The notes beneath the pieces are model-generated. The model saw only the letters and a list, made by a program, of their open reading frames with translations. It was not told the DNA's origin and made no database searches. Both the position numbers and the translations under genes were made by a program. A stretch of DNA of 63,815 nucleotides, counting the filler, from Octopus bimaculoides (lineage: Eukaryota): the NCBI RefSeq assembly GCF_001194135.2. It is 8 parts of 7 records of this genome, joined end to end, with 100 filler letters (N's around TTAATTAATTAA, not from the genome) between each part and the next. Parts side by side here need not be neighbours in the genome. Positions count along the whole stretch, not along the records: positions 56,644 to 61,438 come from NC_068987.1; positions 61,539 to 63,815 come from NC_068982.1; 6 more parts are not named here. The stretch is one strand, 5' to 3'. Positions 59,575 to 63,815 of this stretch are shown in pieces. The stretch's first letter is position 1. The number at the start of each line of letters is the position of its first letter.

Positions 59575-59771
59575 TAGCTCCAGTCATGTGACTGCAGCCA
59601 TGCAACAACGGACAGAACATGCGCAGCAAGACTGCGGTCATGCTGGAGCACCACCTTCAGTCTAGCTAATCGATTCCAGGACATACTTTGTAAGCCTAGT
59701 AATTATTCTTTCGGTCTGTTTTGCCAAATCGCTAAGTTACGGGGACGTAAACACACCAACATCGGTTGTCA
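59575..59771 (-). mobile_element. SINE A 3' part
   Basis: GACTGCGGTCATGCTGGAGCACC...GCTAAGTTACGGGGACGTAAAC. Confidence 0.85.
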
Positions 59772-59871
59772 NNNNNNNNNNNNNNNNNNNNNNNNNNNNN
59801 NNNNNNNNNNNNNNNNNNNNNNNNNNNNNNNNNNNNNNNNNNNNNNNNNNNNNNNNNNNNNNNNNNNNNNN

Positions 59872-61054
59872 TGTGTACCCTTCAGCGTGTCGACATGCTA
59901 ACCATTGAAGAACGTACGTTTCTAGTTGAATGCATGTTTCGAGCTGGAAAGAAATACGCAGATACTGTGAAAGAGAAGTTCAGTGAAACTTTCTCAAATA
60001 CTTTCTTCCACATCGTGACACTGTGCGGGATTTCATAAGAAAATTTAGAAACACAGGTTCAGTGGAAGACGCAGCAAGAAGCGATAGGCTTACTATTCTT
60101 TCAGACGAAACACTGTCCAATATTTCTGATAAACTGTTGGCAAGCCCGTCGAAGTCCTTACGCAAATTGTCACAGGAAAAGGAAATCAGCCTAGGAAGTG
60201 TTCACACGGCAGTAAAAATGTAATTAAATTTCTTTCCATACAAAGTGCTGGCCATTCAAGAATTGAATACTACGGATCATGCTGAAAGGCTTCATTATTT
60301 GTCATTGGTTCTAAAAATTTGTTGCCGAAAATGCATAGAAGTGCTGGGTGGGTGGTTTTACACTGATGAAGCTTGGTTTTATCTGTCGGGACACATAAAT
60401 TCGAAGAATACTAGGTTATGGATCACTGAGCATCCACACACGACGCATGAGCAATCTCTGCATTCCGAATAAGTTGGAGTATGGATAGCATTTTCGAGAA
60501 AGCGTTTTGTGGGACCGATATTTTTTGAAGGCACCATCAACACCAAGAGATATTGCTCTAATATTGTCTATCCATTTGCAGGCCAGCTCACTGAAAGTGG
60601 AATTAATAATGCATACTTTCAGCAAGATGGAGCTACAGCACATACTTCGCGCATCAACATGGTGCTACATCAAAAGATTTTCGGTGAACGGATTATCTCG
60701 AAGGGACTTTGGCCACCAAGATCACCTGATTTAACACCGCCAGTCTTTTTATTCCTGGGGAGCAAGTAAAGGATGAGTGTACACGATTCACCCGAAAATC
60801 ATTAATAAGCTAAAAGATGCAATCATAATCCTAATACGGTCCATACCGCGTCAGACTTTCCAACATGGATTTCTAAACATGTGTAGAAGAGTTAACTTAC
60901 GTATTGAAAATGAAGGGTGACACTTTCAATACCTCTTGTAAAGTTATTTAAAGTCTTGTACAGTCTAATATAATCTTTTGTAGTCTTATACCATCTTATA
61001 AATATTTATTTGCAATAAAATACTTACTGCGGGAGACTTTTATGAACAGACTGT
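59872..61054 (+). mobile_element. rosa/DD41D-like Tc1/mariner element, nearly full length, decayed
   Basis: MLTIEERTFLVE, YTDEAWFYLSGHINSKN, YFQQDGATAHT, WPPRSPDLTPP; right TIR GGGAGACTTTTATGAACAGACTGT; left end in a gap. Confidence 0.92.
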
Positions 61055-61074
61055 GTGTGTGTGTGCATTACTCT

Positions 61075-61300
61075 TCTAACTGTTTCAGTCATTTGACTGC
61101 GGCCGTGCTCGAACACCGCCTTTAGACCAAGAAATCGAGCCCAGGACTTATTCTTTGTAAGCCTAGTATTTATTCTATTATTCTATCGGTCACTTTTGCC
61201 GAACCTATAGGTTACGGGGACGTAAACACACCAATACCGGTTGTCAAGCTATGGTGGGGGACAAACACAGACACACAAACATATACATATATATATATAA
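61075..61300 (-). mobile_element. SINE A 3' half
   Basis: TGTTTCAGTCATTTGACTGCGGCC...GGACAAACACAGAC. Confidence 0.88.
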
Positions 61301-61394
61301 GTATATATATATATATATATATGTATATATGCATGTATGTATGTATGTATGTATGTATGTATGTATGTATCTATCTCTCTCTCTCTCTCTCTAT

Positions 61395-61438
<44 letters not shown>

Positions 61439-62101
61439 NNNNNNNNNNNNNNNNNNNNNNNNNNNNNNNNNNNNNNNNNNNNTTAATTAATTAANNNNNN
61501 NNNNNNNNNNNNNNNNNNNNNNNNNNNNNNNNNNNNNNATATATATACACACACACATATAAAGCCAAAAAATGGAATAGGAACATAATGGACAACAATA
61601 AGAACATACAGATAGATGATACAAGGACAGACAGGAAAAACCAGAACGGATCATTTGTGGCCCTCTATTCAGTGAAGATTCCAATTATCATTACAGTTTC
61701 GGCCTGTTACACTTGAGACTGTTCAAAATTAGTAGGCCTCAAAAATCTATGCTAAGAGCATTAAATTTTGGGAAGAAAGCAAGCAAATGTATACGACAAC
61801 ACAAGCAAAAAACAAGAAAGCATTACATGATTACAAGAGAATAACAACAAGTTCTTTCGACTAATAAGGAGAAGTTGAGTTGAGCTGGTCCGTACCATGA
61901 AAGCCTTGAGGCACAAACATAGATGAAAGTCAGGAGATAGGAAAATAATGTGTTGTACAGAGAGCGGTCAGGCCAAGAAACAAAGACCATGCTTGTCGGA
62001 ACCATGCTTGTCACGTGGAAAGAACAGAGAGGTAGGGGGTAGAGAGATTGAAGAATTAAGGAACTAGAGAGAGAGGGAGGGACAGAGGGAAAGGTATGAG
62101 G

Positions 62102-62134
<33 letters not shown>

Positions 62135-62137
<3 letters not shown>

Positions 62138-62538
62138 TGCAGGAGTGGCTGTGTGTTAAATAGGTTGCTTACCAACCACATGGTTCTGGGTTCAGTCTCA
62201 TTGCATGGCACCTTGGGCAAGTGTTTCCTACTATAGCTTCGGGCCGACCAAAGCCTTGAGTGGATTTGGTAGACAAAAACTGAAAGAAGCCCGTCATGTA
62301 TATACATATATGTGTGTGTGTGTGTTTGTGTGTCTGTGTTTATCCCCCACCTTTGCTTGACAACTGATGTTGGTGTATTTACGTTCTTGTAACTTAGCGG
62401 TTCGGCAAAAGAGATTGATAGAATAAGTAACCAGGCTTACAAAGAATAAGTCCCTGGGTCAATTTGTTCGACTAAAAAGGCAGTGCTCCAGCATGGCTGC
62501 AGACAAATGACTGAAACAAATACAAGAATAAAAGAATA
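62135..62538 (+). mobile_element. SINE A, full length
   Basis: A box, B box, CORE-like body, internal microsatellite and AAAGAAT tail. Confidence 0.92.
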
Positions 62539-62551
62539 CACATACATATGT

Positions 62552-62683
62552 AGCAAATAAGTTACAAGGTTGTCAAGGTATTAGTTCATTATGGCCATTT
62601 CAGGCAGCTTCATTTGATCGAATGGAGCCGCACGAAACGGCCTTAATGCACTAATACCTTGACATCCTTGTTACTTATTTGCT
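62552..62683. repeat. 132-bp fold-back hairpin (MITE-like)
   Basis: 45-bp arms at 62552-62596 and 62639-62683 with 4 mismatches; the interior is also partly paired. Confidence 0.85.
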
Positions 62684-63206
62684 TTTTATTCACCTTACTT
62701 AAAGCTGTGCGGATAATACCGGAGTGATTTGGTGCCTCAACCTAAGTACCTAATTCAGCTGAATCTTAATTATTTATACATATATACATATATATATATA
62801 GATTAAATACATATTTAATCTATTGGATAAATATTTTGACTATCAATAACTTCTACATATTATTAATCTCTATAATAATAAACTATAAATATATTTACCC
62901 TAATATTCATATGATGCTTGTATACGTGGATAATTACTATTTATTATATATCTCTACACCTTCTATTATCTAGAGTATATTAATATATATTTACTTTCCC
63001 ACTAAATATACATCGTGTGTCTCCCTTAATAGTTTTAAACCAAACTTATCTATATAACAATACTCAGTTTTCTGTAATGTGCCGTATATTTAACAACTAA
63101 TAATATACTGCTATATCTTTTTTTCTGCTTCTGATGAGATCCTGCTTTATAAAATGATTCAATTATTACAAATGTAACAGCTGTTAAAGATCATGTTTAT
63201 TTTTAT

Positions 63207-63592
63207 GGAAGAGTGGCTGTGTGGTAAGTAGCTTGCTTACCAACCACATGGTTCCGGATTCAGTTCCACTGCGTGGCACTTTGGGCAAGTGTCTTCTACT
63301 ATAGCCTCAGGTCGACCAAAGCCTTGTGAGTGGATTTGGTAGATGGAAACTGAAAGAAGCCCGTTGTATATGTATATATATATGTATGTGGTTGTGTGTC
63401 TGTATTTGTCCCCCCAACATTGCTTGACAACTGATGCTGGTGTGTTTACATCCCTGTAACTTTGCGGTTCGGCAAAAGAGATCGATAAAATAAGTACTAG
63501 GCTTACAAAGAATAAGTCTTGGGATCAATTTCTTCAACTAAAGGTGGTGCTCCAGCATGGCCGCACTCAAGTGATTAAAACAAGTAAGAGAG
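63207..63592 (+). mobile_element. SINE A, full length
   Basis: Matches 62135-62538. Confidence 0.92.
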
Positions 63593-63771
63593 ATACTTAT
63601 TAATTGATGTATCTCCATTTTCTTATTTTTCTTTAAACATAAACCTTGGTTTATCTAATTACCTATCATTCATGAGTATAATTAATACTCACAACAAATA
63701 CTAGGTAATGAACCATTAATTCATTGGATATTACTATCTCTTAATGAGGTTAATCTGTCCCCTAACTGAAC

Positions 63772-63815
<44 letters not shown>

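Overview
AT-rich, gap-riddled animal genomic DNA dominated by microsatellites and transposon remains. The repeat landscape resembles an octopod (Octopus) genome; this is an inference, not checked. There is one convincing protein-coding gene: a single-exon 491-aa ORF on the minus strand (23844-25319) encoding an uncharacterised multi-pass membrane protein with an XK-like E-x-x-P-Q helix and a cysteine-containing C-terminal domain. The rest is repeats: at least four tRNA-headed SINE families (my labels A-D), several R4/Dong-type RLE LINE fragments, RTE and CR1-like LINE fragments, Penelope-like (PLE) GIY-YIG and terminal fragments, several mariner and rosa-like Tc1/mariner relics, an internally deleted FLYWCH-MULE, a hAT-type MITE and Helitron/Helentron-like pieces. 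The most interesting signals are: (i) minimal hammerhead-ribozyme motifs, one apparently intact (10793-10837) and one forming the tail of a tRNA-headed SINE; (ii) the orphan membrane protein; (iii) repeated Dong-type insertions next to (AAT)n tracts; (iv) recurrent fold-back at one motif of SINE B; (v) an interstitial telomeric array flanked by a 27-bp direct repeat; (vi) several long inverted repeats and hairpins. The TTAATTAATTAA spacers inside N-gaps are assembly artefacts. Most ORF-track entries are microsatellite or N-gap read-throughs.
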